From Promethearchaeota archaeon (GTDB lineage: Archaea > Asgardarchaeota > Lokiarchaeia > Sigyniarchaeales > SOKP01), in the NCBI GenBank assembly GCA_016839555.1, contig JAEOUA010000012.1, forward strand, positions 288,001 through 352,000: a stretch of 64,000 nucleotides of DNA, read 5' to 3'. The translations under genes were made by a program, and so were the position numbers. Of this stretch, positions 11,552 to 20,717 are shown piece by piece (position 1 is the stretch's first letter; each line of letters begins with the position of its first letter). The notes under the pieces were generated by a model, which was not told where the DNA came from, ran no database searches, and saw only the letters and a program-made list of their open reading frames with translations.

Positions 11552-11974
11552 TTAAAATCCTTTCCAGAATTTCTTTACAGAATCTTCAAAAATTTCCTTA
11601 ATTTCTTCTTCAAAAGACTCAAATATAGTTATATCATTATCCCAATCTTTTATATTGATTAAAGCGGGATATTTTTCAAAAAACCTATCTGAAATACTCT
11701 CTAATTGTTTACTAATTATTTCTTTCTTTATTTTCTTATTAGCACTTCCTATAAACAGTACATCATTTTTCTTGAACAGTATAAATTGTCGGGCGCTTAA
11801 TTCAAAATTAGATAATCCTCCGTCTGATACTTCTTCAGCGAAAGTATTTATAGCTGAAAGTAGAGCTCCAAAAAGTTGAGCCTCTACTTTTTGGTTGTAA
11901 ATATGGTTAAATAGTACTATTCCATCTTGCGTAATTATCCATAACTCGTCCATAATCGTTACCATCTTTACCAA
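11552..11974 (-). CDS. Longin/roadblock-like small protein (Asgard eukaryotic-signature type); start may be a downstream Met
   Basis: 140 aa; LWIITQDGIVLF...LFGALLSAINTFAEEV...LSNFEL...F..F pattern typical of longin-like folds. Confidence 0.7.
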   Translation of the reverse strand: MVKMVTIMDELWIITQDGIVLFNHIYNQKVEAQLFGALLSAINTFAEEVSDGGLSNFELSARQFILFKKNDVLFIGSANKKIKKEIISKQLESISDRFFEKYPALINIKDWDNDITIFESFEEEIKEIFEDSVKKFWKGF

Positions 11975-11996
11975 CCCTATTTTATAAAATTTAATT

Positions 11997-12725
11997 TTAC
12001 TTAATCAATAAATCTTTTAATTTTGTTGGGAGAAAAAACCCTAAATAATACTCAATAGCGCTTGATATTAAGATTATTCTTGTAATGATAAGAGAAAATG
12101 GATTATGTGTTTTTATTAATGCATCTAAGAGAGCCCCCAAGGTAAAAGATATCCAACCTAGGAGGAGAAATTTTCCTTTCCATTTAATTTCTTGTTCTTC
12201 TAATCTCATTGATTTAATAGAGAAATAAATTCCTGTGATTGCAAATATTATTACTCCAACTAATACAAAAATTCTCATCACACTCCCATGGGAAGAATCT
12301 AAAATATTAGCAGGGTTTATTGTTCCAACCCATTCTATTTTGATAACTAATAAAATCAGGAGTGCTAACTCCCAAACCGCAGCATAAATTATTGTAATTA
12401 TTAATATGTTTTTTTTTTGAAAAGGTGTTATAATTTCTGTAAATGCATATATCCAGCATACTAAGCTTAATGGAATAAAAATATTAGCTATAAGTAAATA
12501 GAAAGGATCTGGTATTTGAGTCGAGAAAAATCCATATGAAATGAATTGTATTACAACTCCCCACCATGCGCTAGATATAAAAATATAAGTTAGCCCTACG
12601 GCAATTAATTCATTCCTATTTAATTGTATTGCTTTATAGATAATCCTAAGACCCACAATTATAGCAATCAATACCCAAATAGCCCCAAAGATGCCTTGCA
12701 ATATTTGGAAATTCGAAAATACCAT
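11997..12725 (-). CDS. Integral membrane protein (~7 TM), unknown function
   Basis: About seven hydrophobic segments, no soluble catalytic domain. Confidence 0.7.
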   Translation of the reverse strand: MVFSNFQILQGIFGAIWVLIAIIVGLRIIYKAIQLNRNELIAVGLTYIFISSAWWGVVIQFISYGFFSTQIPDPFYLLIANIFIPLSLVCWIYAFTEIITPFQKKNILIITIIYAAVWELALLILLVIKIEWVGTINPANILDSSHGSVMRIFVLVGVIIFAITGIYFSIKSMRLEEQEIKWKGKFLLLGWISFTLGALLDALIKTHNPFSLIITRIILISSAIEYYLGFFLPTKLKDLLIK

Positions 12726-12967
12726 TTTAAAATCCCAAATTATTATTCTTAATATCTATAATTATATTAAATATCATTATTATTATTAATAAATATATTT
12801 AGACAAAACTAATAAATAAGACTTATATGACTTGTTTTTAGTTTGTATTTCCAAAAAATCCTAATCTTATTATTTAATAATAAGATTAAGTAATTTTGAA
12901 TCCTTTTTCTAATTGAAGATTACAGCAGAATAATAAATAATATAATTATTTAGGAACATGATAAAAG

Positions 12968-14773
12968 ATGTCAGATAACCAAAATAAACCAATAAGAGCA
13001 CCTATAGCCTGTATTCTTGGTCATATTGATCATGGAAAAACGAGTTTACTTGATTATATAAGAGGAACTGTGGTCCAACAAAGGGAAGCTGCTGGAATTA
13101 CTCAACATATTGGAGCTTCCTTCTTCCCAATCGAAGATATTAAAAATTTTTTAAAAAAATCAAAAGAAGAATTTGCAGAAAAGAAATTAAGACTTCCTGG
13201 TTTATTAATAGTGGACACACCTGGGCATGCAGCATTTTTAAATTTAAGGAAGAGAGGTGGGGCCGTTGCAGATATCGCTATCCTTGTTATAGATGTAATT
13301 TCAGGTTCTCAGCCAATAACCTGGGAAAGTGTTAGGATTTTAAGGGAAAGAAATACTCCATTTGTGATTGCAGCTAATAAAATAGATCGAATTCCTGGCT
13401 GGAAACCTATAAAAGATGCTGACTTTACAGATACTTACAAACAGCAAAAAGCTCATGTTCAAGAGTATCTTGATAAAAGTTTATATAGAATTATTGGAGA
13501 CTTTTTAGAGGAAGGTTTTAAAGGTATCGATAGATATGACAAAATTAAAGATTTTACCAAAAAAATTGCGATCGTACCTACTAGTGCAATTACAGGAGAG
13601 GGTATTTCCACATTGTTACTCGTTTTAATGGGATTGGTACAACAATACCTCACCAAAAATTTGCAATTTTCTAAAGGATCCGCAGAGGGAGTAGTGCTTG
13701 AAGTGAAAAAAGAACGTGGATATGGAAAGACTTTAGATGTCTTAATCTATAATGGAATTTTAAGAAAAGGAGATGATTTTATAGTGGGAGGATTAGAAAA
13801 ACCTGTAGTCTCGAAAGTCAGAGCATTATTACTTCCAAAACCTCTGGATGAAATAAGAGATCCTCGACAAAAATTTGATTCTGTCGAAGAAATAAGTGCT
13901 GCAGCTGGCATTAAAATCTTAGCTCCAGACATCGAAGATGTTGTTGCGGGATCTCCCTTTCGGAGTATAGCTAATCCTTCTGATAAAGATAGAATTTATA
14001 AAGAGATTGAGCAAGAAGTTGAAAGAATTAAAATAAAGACAGAAAAGGCAGGAGTAGTATTAAAGGCAGATACTCTTGGGTCTCTTGAAGCATTAGAAAA
14101 TCACTTTTCGAAACAAAGTGTAAAAATAAGCGTGGCTGATGTGGGACCAATTAAAAAAGCAGATATAATTAATGCTTCTATTGTAAAAGAATTTGATCCC
14201 TATTCTGCTGTTATATTAGGTTTTAATGTACCAATATTACCTGAAGCGAGAGAAGAAGCTCAAAAACAAAATATCAGAATCTTTACAAATAATGTGATTT
14301 ATCGGTTATTGGACGATTATCTTGAATATGCAGAAACAAGAAGAGCGAAAGATACTGCTGAAGCGTTGGATGAATTAACCTTACCCGCTAAAATAAAAAT
14401 GTTTCCCGAATATATCTTTCGGAATTCTAATCCGGCCGTTTTTGGAGTTAATGTGGAAGGAGGAACTTTAGAACCAAAAACATCCTTAATTACAGATAAG
14501 GGTAAAAAAGTGGGAAGATTGCACCAAATTCAAGATAAAGGGCAAACTATTGATAAAGCAGAAAAAGACGATGAAGTTGCGATAAGTATAAGAGGAATAG
14601 AAGTTGGAAGAGACATAGATAAAGATGAAACTATGTATGTTCGAGTGCCTGAATCTCATGTCAGGCAATTAATGTCTAAATTTTTAAATGAATTAAGAAC
14701 TGATCACAAAGAAGTTTTAAGAGAATATATAATGTTAATGAGAGAAAAGAATCATCCTTGGTGGGGAATGTAA
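12968..14773 (+). CDS. infB: Translation initiation factor aIF5B (IF-2)
   Basis: IRAPIACILGHIDHGKT, GITQHIGA, DTPGH, NKID, KADTLGSLEAL, FRNSNPAVFGV. Confidence 0.97.
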   Translation: MSDNQNKPIRAPIACILGHIDHGKTSLLDYIRGTVVQQREAAGITQHIGASFFPIEDIKNFLKKSKEEFAEKKLRLPGLLIVDTPGHAAFLNLRKRGGAVADIAILVIDVISGSQPITWESVRILRERNTPFVIAANKIDRIPGWKPIKDADFTDTYKQQKAHVQEYLDKSLYRIIGDFLEEGFKGIDRYDKIKDFTKKIAIVPTSAITGEGISTLLLVLMGLVQQYLTKNLQFSKGSAEGVVLEVKKERGYGKTLDVLIYNGILRKGDDFIVGGLEKPVVSKVRALLLPKPLDEIRDPRQKFDSVEEISAAAGIKILAPDIEDVVAGSPFRSIANPSDKDRIYKEIEQEVERIKIKTEKAGVVLKADTLGSLEALENHFSKQSVKISVADVGPIKKADIINASIVKEFDPYSAVILGFNVPILPEAREEAQKQNIRIFTNNVIYRLLDDYLEYAETRRAKDTAEALDELTLPAKIKMFPEYIFRNSNPAVFGVNVEGGTLEPKTSLITDKGKKVGRLHQIQDKGQTIDKAEKDDEVAISIRGIEVGRDIDKDETMYVRVPESHVRQLMSKFLNELRTDHKEVLREYIMLMREKNHPWWGM

Positions 14774-14964
14774 TTCTCTATCTTAGATTTTTAAATTTAA
14801 GTTTATTTCATAGCACACTTTAAACCTCTTATTTTAAAATTTTTAGAAAGAGGCGATAGCTATATGATATATAAAGAGTAGTATATTTTTATTTTAATAG
14901 AAAGATAAATAAGATTAAATGAGTGCTAATACCATAAAAACAAATAATTTAAGTAGAAGTCTTT

Positions 14965-16422
14965 ATGTTTGAGAATGATAAAATTTTTTCTGACATATTA
15001 AAGGGAATTAAACCCACGGCCAATGAATTAGCGTTAATAAAAAAAATTATAGTAAAATTAAAAAAACTACTTCGAGAGAAAGCTAGTGAATTAGATATTC
15101 CTTACAAATCAATAGAAGCTCAAGGTTCAACGGGAATAAAACAAACTCAATTAAGAAATGATTTTGATATAGATTTATTCGTTGGATTCGATTATGAACT
15201 ATATAAATCTAAATATACAGGATTAAGTAAAAGAAAAGCAAAAAGCAAAATTAAAGATGAATTTTTATGGTATTGCAATCACTGGTTAAAAGCCTCATTA
15301 ACGCCTCAAGAATTTCAAAATCCTCGATTATTGTATGCAGAGCATCCTTATATTCAAGTTGATTATATAATAGAAGATAAAAAAATAGAGATAGATATCG
15401 TGCTATATTTTGATTTAGATTCAGAATTTATTAAACATTATGGTCCAATTACAGCTGTAGATAGAACTCCCTGGCATGGAAAATTCGTCAGAGATAATTT
15501 GAATTCCAAACAAAAAGATGACGTAAGATTATTAAAACAATTTTTTAAAGCTTGTCATAGTTATGGAGATACAAGCCCAGTCGGTCGGATTGGATTTATT
15601 GGATATAGTGCCGAATTGCTTATTTATCATTTTCATGATATTTTAACGGTATTTCAAAATTTTAAAACGCTCCCTAATACTCCTCTTGACTATTTTCAAA
15701 GGGATAAAAAAAAATTGCGTAATATCCCTCATTTTCAAAATGATTATCTTATCATTACCGATCCTATCGATGAAAAACGAAATGTTGCATCTGCCATTTC
15801 GCAAAAAGCATATAAATACTGTAATTATCGAATTAATCAATTTTTAAAAAGTCCAAATAAAAAATTTTTTGAAATAGAAGAAATCCCAGAATTTTATCCA
15901 ACAGAAGAACTAAAAGTAGTGCCACACCTCTTTAATATCGAATTTATAAATACAGATGAGAGCGTTCATTATACAGAAAATAGAGATAAATTATATTCTT
16001 TAGCTTCCTTTATAATTACCCATGGAGAAAAAGAATTTGATCATGAGTCTAGATTTGGTGAGATTCTTTTTGAAGTCTATTTTATACCAAAAATTCAGGA
16101 ATATAATCTTGCATTATACTGTGAAAATCCAGAGATTTCACAATATTATGAAAGAAGAGGACCTCCATTGAAGCAAAAAAAACATTCCGAAAAATTCAAA
16201 CGAAAACATGATAATTTTTATATTAGAAATGGTTTTTTATGGGTAAAAACAAAACGAGAATATACCTCTTTTCTCAATTTTTTAATTAACATAATAAAGA
16301 ATAGAATCCCTGATAATTTACGAATTCAAAACATTTCAAACTCATTAAATGTAAAATCCTCTTCCGGTAAACAAGCTCTATATGTTTTAAATAATATGGT
16401 CTTGCCTTTCTATAGGGTTTAA
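14965..16422 (+). CDS. cca: Archaeal class I CCA-adding enzyme
   Basis: GS...DFDIDLF nucleotidyltransferase motif, YAEHPY, TAVDRTPWH, GYSAELLI, DPIDEKRNVASA. Confidence 0.93.
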   Translation: MFENDKIFSDILKGIKPTANELALIKKIIVKLKKLLREKASELDIPYKSIEAQGSTGIKQTQLRNDFDIDLFVGFDYELYKSKYTGLSKRKAKSKIKDEFLWYCNHWLKASLTPQEFQNPRLLYAEHPYIQVDYIIEDKKIEIDIVLYFDLDSEFIKHYGPITAVDRTPWHGKFVRDNLNSKQKDDVRLLKQFFKACHSYGDTSPVGRIGFIGYSAELLIYHFHDILTVFQNFKTLPNTPLDYFQRDKKKLRNIPHFQNDYLIITDPIDEKRNVASAISQKAYKYCNYRINQFLKSPNKKFFEIEEIPEFYPTEELKVVPHLFNIEFINTDESVHYTENRDKLYSLASFIITHGEKEFDHESRFGEILFEVYFIPKIQEYNLALYCENPEISQYYERRGPPLKQKKHSEKFKRKHDNFYIRNGFLWVKTKREYTSFLNFLINIIKNRIPDNLRIQNISNSLNVKSSSGKQALYVLNNMVLPFYRV

Positions 16423-16745
16423 TCTACTTTTAAAAGATTTTTGAAATATTATTTTAAGATCCTTAAAATCAATCCAATTAAATATTATTAATATCTCATT
16501 GAACATAATTCGTATATTATTATAGCTAAAAGAATCAATTTAATTGACAATGAAGGAAATACTCCTAAGAAACATTATCACGAAAAATTCAAATAAAATA
16601 TTATAAATAAGAGATTCTTAAAAAAGCTTTTATTTTTTAAATTAATAAGACTTTTTTGATATGATTCACTATCTTTTTTAAATTAAAATATTATTTTTAT
16701 TGAATATATTGAGTTTAAAATTAAAAATATAAATTGTGAATTACA

Positions 16746-18998
16746 ATGGTTAAAGTAAAGAATCCTGAAACAATTGCACATCTGATAACTAAAGGTTCTT
16801 ATGAGAAAAAGCGTATCTTTTCAATTGTGGCACATATAGATCATGGAAAAACAACTGCTACCGACTATTTAATGAGAAGGGCTGGATTAATGAGAGAAGA
16901 GGATGCTGGTCAATTGCAGATGACTGACTCAGATGAGGAAGAGCAAGCTAGAGGTATAACTATCTTTACATCTGTAGTTTTATTATCTTTTGACGATTCT
17001 AGACAACCTGATGACGAAGAGGAATACATTTTCCAAATTAATGATACTCCTGGTCATATTTCTTTTACAGGAGAAGTCTCCAGAGCTTTAAGAGGTTCTG
17101 ATGGATGTATTATTCTCGTTGATGCACTGGAGGGAATTATGACACAAACAGAAACAAACATTCATTTAGCCGTCGGTAATGAATTATGTAAACCTGTGTT
17201 ATTTATTAATAAAGTCGATAGATTAATTAGTGAGCTGAAGCTCAGTCCCGAAGAGACATATAAAAAAATTGATGATATTACTCGAGAAGTAAATGATCTC
17301 ATAAAGAAGGCTCGACCAGATTGGTCTGAATGGTCAATAGATTTTGCGAATAATTCTGTAGCTGTTGGGTCCGCAAAACATGGATGGGGATTTACCTACG
17401 AAATCTTAAAAGAAAAGGGGTTTACTCCAATAACAGTATTTGAAAAATATAATGAAGGAGATATCCCTTTTTTGCGAAAAAACTTGCCTTTAGATGAACC
17501 TATCCTTAGAATGGTCGTGGACCACCTTCCAGATCCAATAACTGCTGCGAAATATAGAATCCCCCATATTTGGTCAGGAGATCTTGATTCTGAATTAGGA
17601 AAAGCCTTAGTAAAATGCGATCCAAAGGGACCATTAACTGGTATGATAACAAAAATATTCTTAGATCCTAAGCAAAATTATCGGCCAACCCTCATTGGAC
17701 GAGTTTTTTCGGGCACGCTGGACGAGTCAGATTCAATTTATTTAGTTAACCAGCGAAAATCTCATAGAATTAAACGGTTAGGGGTAATGGAAATCACAGA
17801 TATTTTAGATATAAATCGAATACCCGCAGGAAATCTTTTTGCCCTTTATGGATTTATATGTCCTTCTGGAGAATCTTTTATTGCTGCTGATAGAGCACCT
17901 TCAGATAGGGAGAGTGCCGCAAAAATCCCTTCTTTTGAAAGAATAAGCTATGCATGTGAAGCAGTAGTATCAAGAAGCATAAAACCTATAGATCCTCAAG
18001 ATTTAGCCAAATTAGGGGAAGTAGTGGAAAAATGGTTAATGGCAGACCCAACTGCGGAGTTTAGATTAGATAAAGAGAGCAAAGAATATATCTTATCTGG
18101 AATAGATCCTCTTCAAATTGACATTTTGACAAAAAGAATTAATAATCAAGTACCAATAGATATTGGGGAGCCAATTATAGTCTACAGAGAGAGAATCAAT
18201 AAAAAAAGTAAAACTTTTCATACTAAATCTAGCAATGCACATAACCGAATAGAGCTATACATAGAACCTTTAGATGAAAAAACGCTTGAATTATTAGAAG
18301 CTGGAAGGATCACCGATCTTATGAATGAAAGTGCCCGAGCCGAGATCCTCAGAGAGGAAGCTGGTTGGGATTCAAAAGAAGCTAAAAGAGTAGTTGATGT
18401 CTATAAAGGGAATGTGCTTGTCAATGCCACCAAAGGATTGCAAAGATTTTCACGAGTAAGATCATATTTAACAGCTGCATTTCGAGATTGGGTGGAAGCA
18501 TGTATCTTAGCAAAAGAACCAGCAATGGGCATTAAAGTATTATTTACAGATATGACAATCCATGAGGATCCTGCCCATACCGGTTATAATCAAATTGCAG
18601 GCATGACATTTGCTGCCCTTTCCCTTTCAATGATAACTGCCGAACCACATATCTATGAACCAGTTCAAAAGATAGATATAAAAACACCCCGAGGAACAGA
18701 ATCTGGAGTACTTACTATCATCAATCAGCACCGTGGTAGAATTAATAACGTCAACCCGCAAAATGAATATGTCTTGATCGACGCGGAACTGCCTGCCGCA
18801 GAAATTATTGGAATTGCAGATGAAATTCGTTCAAGCACACAAGGCAAAGCCTTTTTCGGTTATGAGTTTTCTGGATTCGAGCAAGTACCCAGAAATCTTG
18901 AAAAGGATCTTATCCTAGACATTCGTAAACGGAAAAATATGAAAGTAGAAATGCCAGATATGAGTTCTTGGGAAAGATTTATATATAAAAGAAGTTAG
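16746..18998 (+). CDS. Elongation factor 2 family GTPase, possibly the Asgard EF-2 paralogue
   Basis: AHIDHGKTT, RGITI, DTPGH, NKVD; diphthamide loop reads HEDPAHTG rather than HRG; no ribosomal protein genes adjacent. Confidence 0.9.
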   Translation: MVKVKNPETIAHLITKGSYEKKRIFSIVAHIDHGKTTATDYLMRRAGLMREEDAGQLQMTDSDEEEQARGITIFTSVVLLSFDDSRQPDDEEEYIFQINDTPGHISFTGEVSRALRGSDGCIILVDALEGIMTQTETNIHLAVGNELCKPVLFINKVDRLISELKLSPEETYKKIDDITREVNDLIKKARPDWSEWSIDFANNSVAVGSAKHGWGFTYEILKEKGFTPITVFEKYNEGDIPFLRKNLPLDEPILRMVVDHLPDPITAAKYRIPHIWSGDLDSELGKALVKCDPKGPLTGMITKIFLDPKQNYRPTLIGRVFSGTLDESDSIYLVNQRKSHRIKRLGVMEITDILDINRIPAGNLFALYGFICPSGESFIAADRAPSDRESAAKIPSFERISYACEAVVSRSIKPIDPQDLAKLGEVVEKWLMADPTAEFRLDKESKEYILSGIDPLQIDILTKRINNQVPIDIGEPIIVYRERINKKSKTFHTKSSNAHNRIELYIEPLDEKTLELLEAGRITDLMNESARAEILREEAGWDSKEAKRVVDVYKGNVLVNATKGLQRFSRVRSYLTAAFRDWVEACILAKEPAMGIKVLFTDMTIHEDPAHTGYNQIAGMTFAALSLSMITAEPHIYEPVQKIDIKTPRGTESGVLTIINQHRGRINNVNPQNEYVLIDAELPAAEIIGIADEIRSSTQGKAFFGYEFSGFEQVPRNLEKDLILDIRKRKNMKVEMPDMSSWERFIYKRS

Positions 18999-19173
18999 GA
19001 ACATCATTTTTATAAGTTCCTTACCTTTTAATTTTCTATTTTAAATAAATTATAAAATCCAGAAAAAGCTTTATTTTCTAAGAATTTTTATTCTCATTTT
19101 TTTCTTTTTTATTAACATTATATTTAAGTTATCATGTTTTTTTCAATTCTATACTAAGCATTCATAATAATTA

Positions 19174-20700
19174 TTGAATAATATTTTCAATTGGGTAAAA
19201 TTCATGATAAAAAGTATAAATCCTGCTACTCTTGAATTGATCGGGGAAGTAGAAGAAACTCCCATTGAAAAGATTAATGAAATCTTTGAAAACTCCAAAA
19301 AAGCTCAGAAAATATGGGCAAAAGTACCTTTAAAACAAAGAGCGAGAAGAATTGCAGAAGTAAATAAAATTATTTCTAATCAATTCAATGAAATTTCTCT
19401 TTTAATATCAGAAGAGGTTGGGAAACCTCCATCTGAAGCCTTTGTGAATGAAGTATATAGTGTTATGGACTCAACCTTTCATTATTATTCTACAGTACAA
19501 GAATTTTTAGGAAAAACAAAAGAAATTCCTTTGAAATTCTACGAATCTTTGAAAAAAAAAAGTATTTTACTCCGCAAACCTCTTGGAGTTGTTTGTGTTA
19601 TAGGCCCCTATAACTATCCATTTACAATCCCATTCCAACAAATTGTACAAAGTTTAATGGCTGGGAATAGCGTAATATTTAAACCTTCATCAGAAACGGT
19701 TCTTGTTGGAAAAAAAATTCAAGAGATCTTTGATCAAATAGACATTCCCAAAAATCTTGTTCAAACAGTTTTCGGAAGTGGTTCCAAATTGGGAAATCCT
19801 CTTATTGATAATGCTCAAAAAATATTATTCACTGGTTCGACAGCTACAGGAAAAAGAATAATGCAAAGAGCTGCCAGAACGTTAACTGAAGTGAACTTAG
19901 AACTTGGGGGTAAGTCAGCAATGATTGTATTTCCAGATGCGGATCTAGATAGAGCAGTTAAGGCCGCTCGCTGGGGGGTTTTTACAAATTCAGGGCAGGT
20001 ATGTTCCTCCGTAAAAAGACTATATCTTCATTCCAGTATTTATGATAATTTTTTAAATAATTTAGTTGAATTGACAAGAAAATTAAAACAAGACATACCT
20101 ACAAAGCCAAATGTTGATGTAGGAGCAATGATAAATGAAGAACAATTAGGTTTTGTAGATGAGATGGTGAAAAAAGGGATAGAAGAAGGGGCAAAAGTAT
20201 TAATTGGAGGAAAACGAAATCCGAATCTTAAAGGATATTTTTATGAACCAACCATTTTAACAGCTACTAATAATATGAAAGTTGTCCAAGAAGAAATTTT
20301 TGGACCTGTTTTGGTCGTCCTAAAATTTGATGAGGAAAAAGAGGTAATCGAAATGGTAAATAATAACCAATATGGTTTAACCTCAAGTATTTGGACAAAT
20401 AATATATCATTAGGGAAAAAAATTGCCGAGCAACTAGATACTGGTTCGGTTATGATAAATGAAGTCGTATATACATTTGCTCTTCCCTCGACACCTTGGG
20501 GTGGTATAAAGAATTCAGGAATAGGTAGATCTCATGGAAAATTAGGTTTTTATGAGGTCACACGGCCATTACATATAAATATTGATCAATATGATGAACC
20601 TGACCTTTGGTGGTTCCCATATGATAAAAATTTTGATGAAATAGTTAAGAATTTTAAAACCATTGCTTCGAGTTTAGTCCTTAAAGATTCAGAAGAATAA
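19174..20700 (+). CDS. NAD(P)-dependent aldehyde dehydrogenase (probable start ATG 19204)
   Basis: PYNYP, KPS, FTGS, LELGGKS, GQVC, EEIFGPV, PWGGIKNSGIGR. Confidence 0.95.
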   Translation: MNNIFNWVKFMIKSINPATLELIGEVEETPIEKINEIFENSKKAQKIWAKVPLKQRARRIAEVNKIISNQFNEISLLISEEVGKPPSEAFVNEVYSVMDSTFHYYSTVQEFLGKTKEIPLKFYESLKKKSILLRKPLGVVCVIGPYNYPFTIPFQQIVQSLMAGNSVIFKPSSETVLVGKKIQEIFDQIDIPKNLVQTVFGSGSKLGNPLIDNAQKILFTGSTATGKRIMQRAARTLTEVNLELGGKSAMIVFPDADLDRAVKAARWGVFTNSGQVCSSVKRLYLHSSIYDNFLNNLVELTRKLKQDIPTKPNVDVGAMINEEQLGFVDEMVKKGIEEGAKVLIGGKRNPNLKGYFYEPTILTATNNMKVVQEEIFGPVLVVLKFDEEKEVIEMVNNNQYGLTSSIWTNNISLGKKIAEQLDTGSVMINEVVYTFALPSTPWGGIKNSGIGRSHGKLGFYEVTRPLHINIDQYDEPDLWWFPYDKNFDEIVKNFKTIASSLVLKDSEE

Positions 20701-20717
20701 TTTTATAAATTTAAAAC

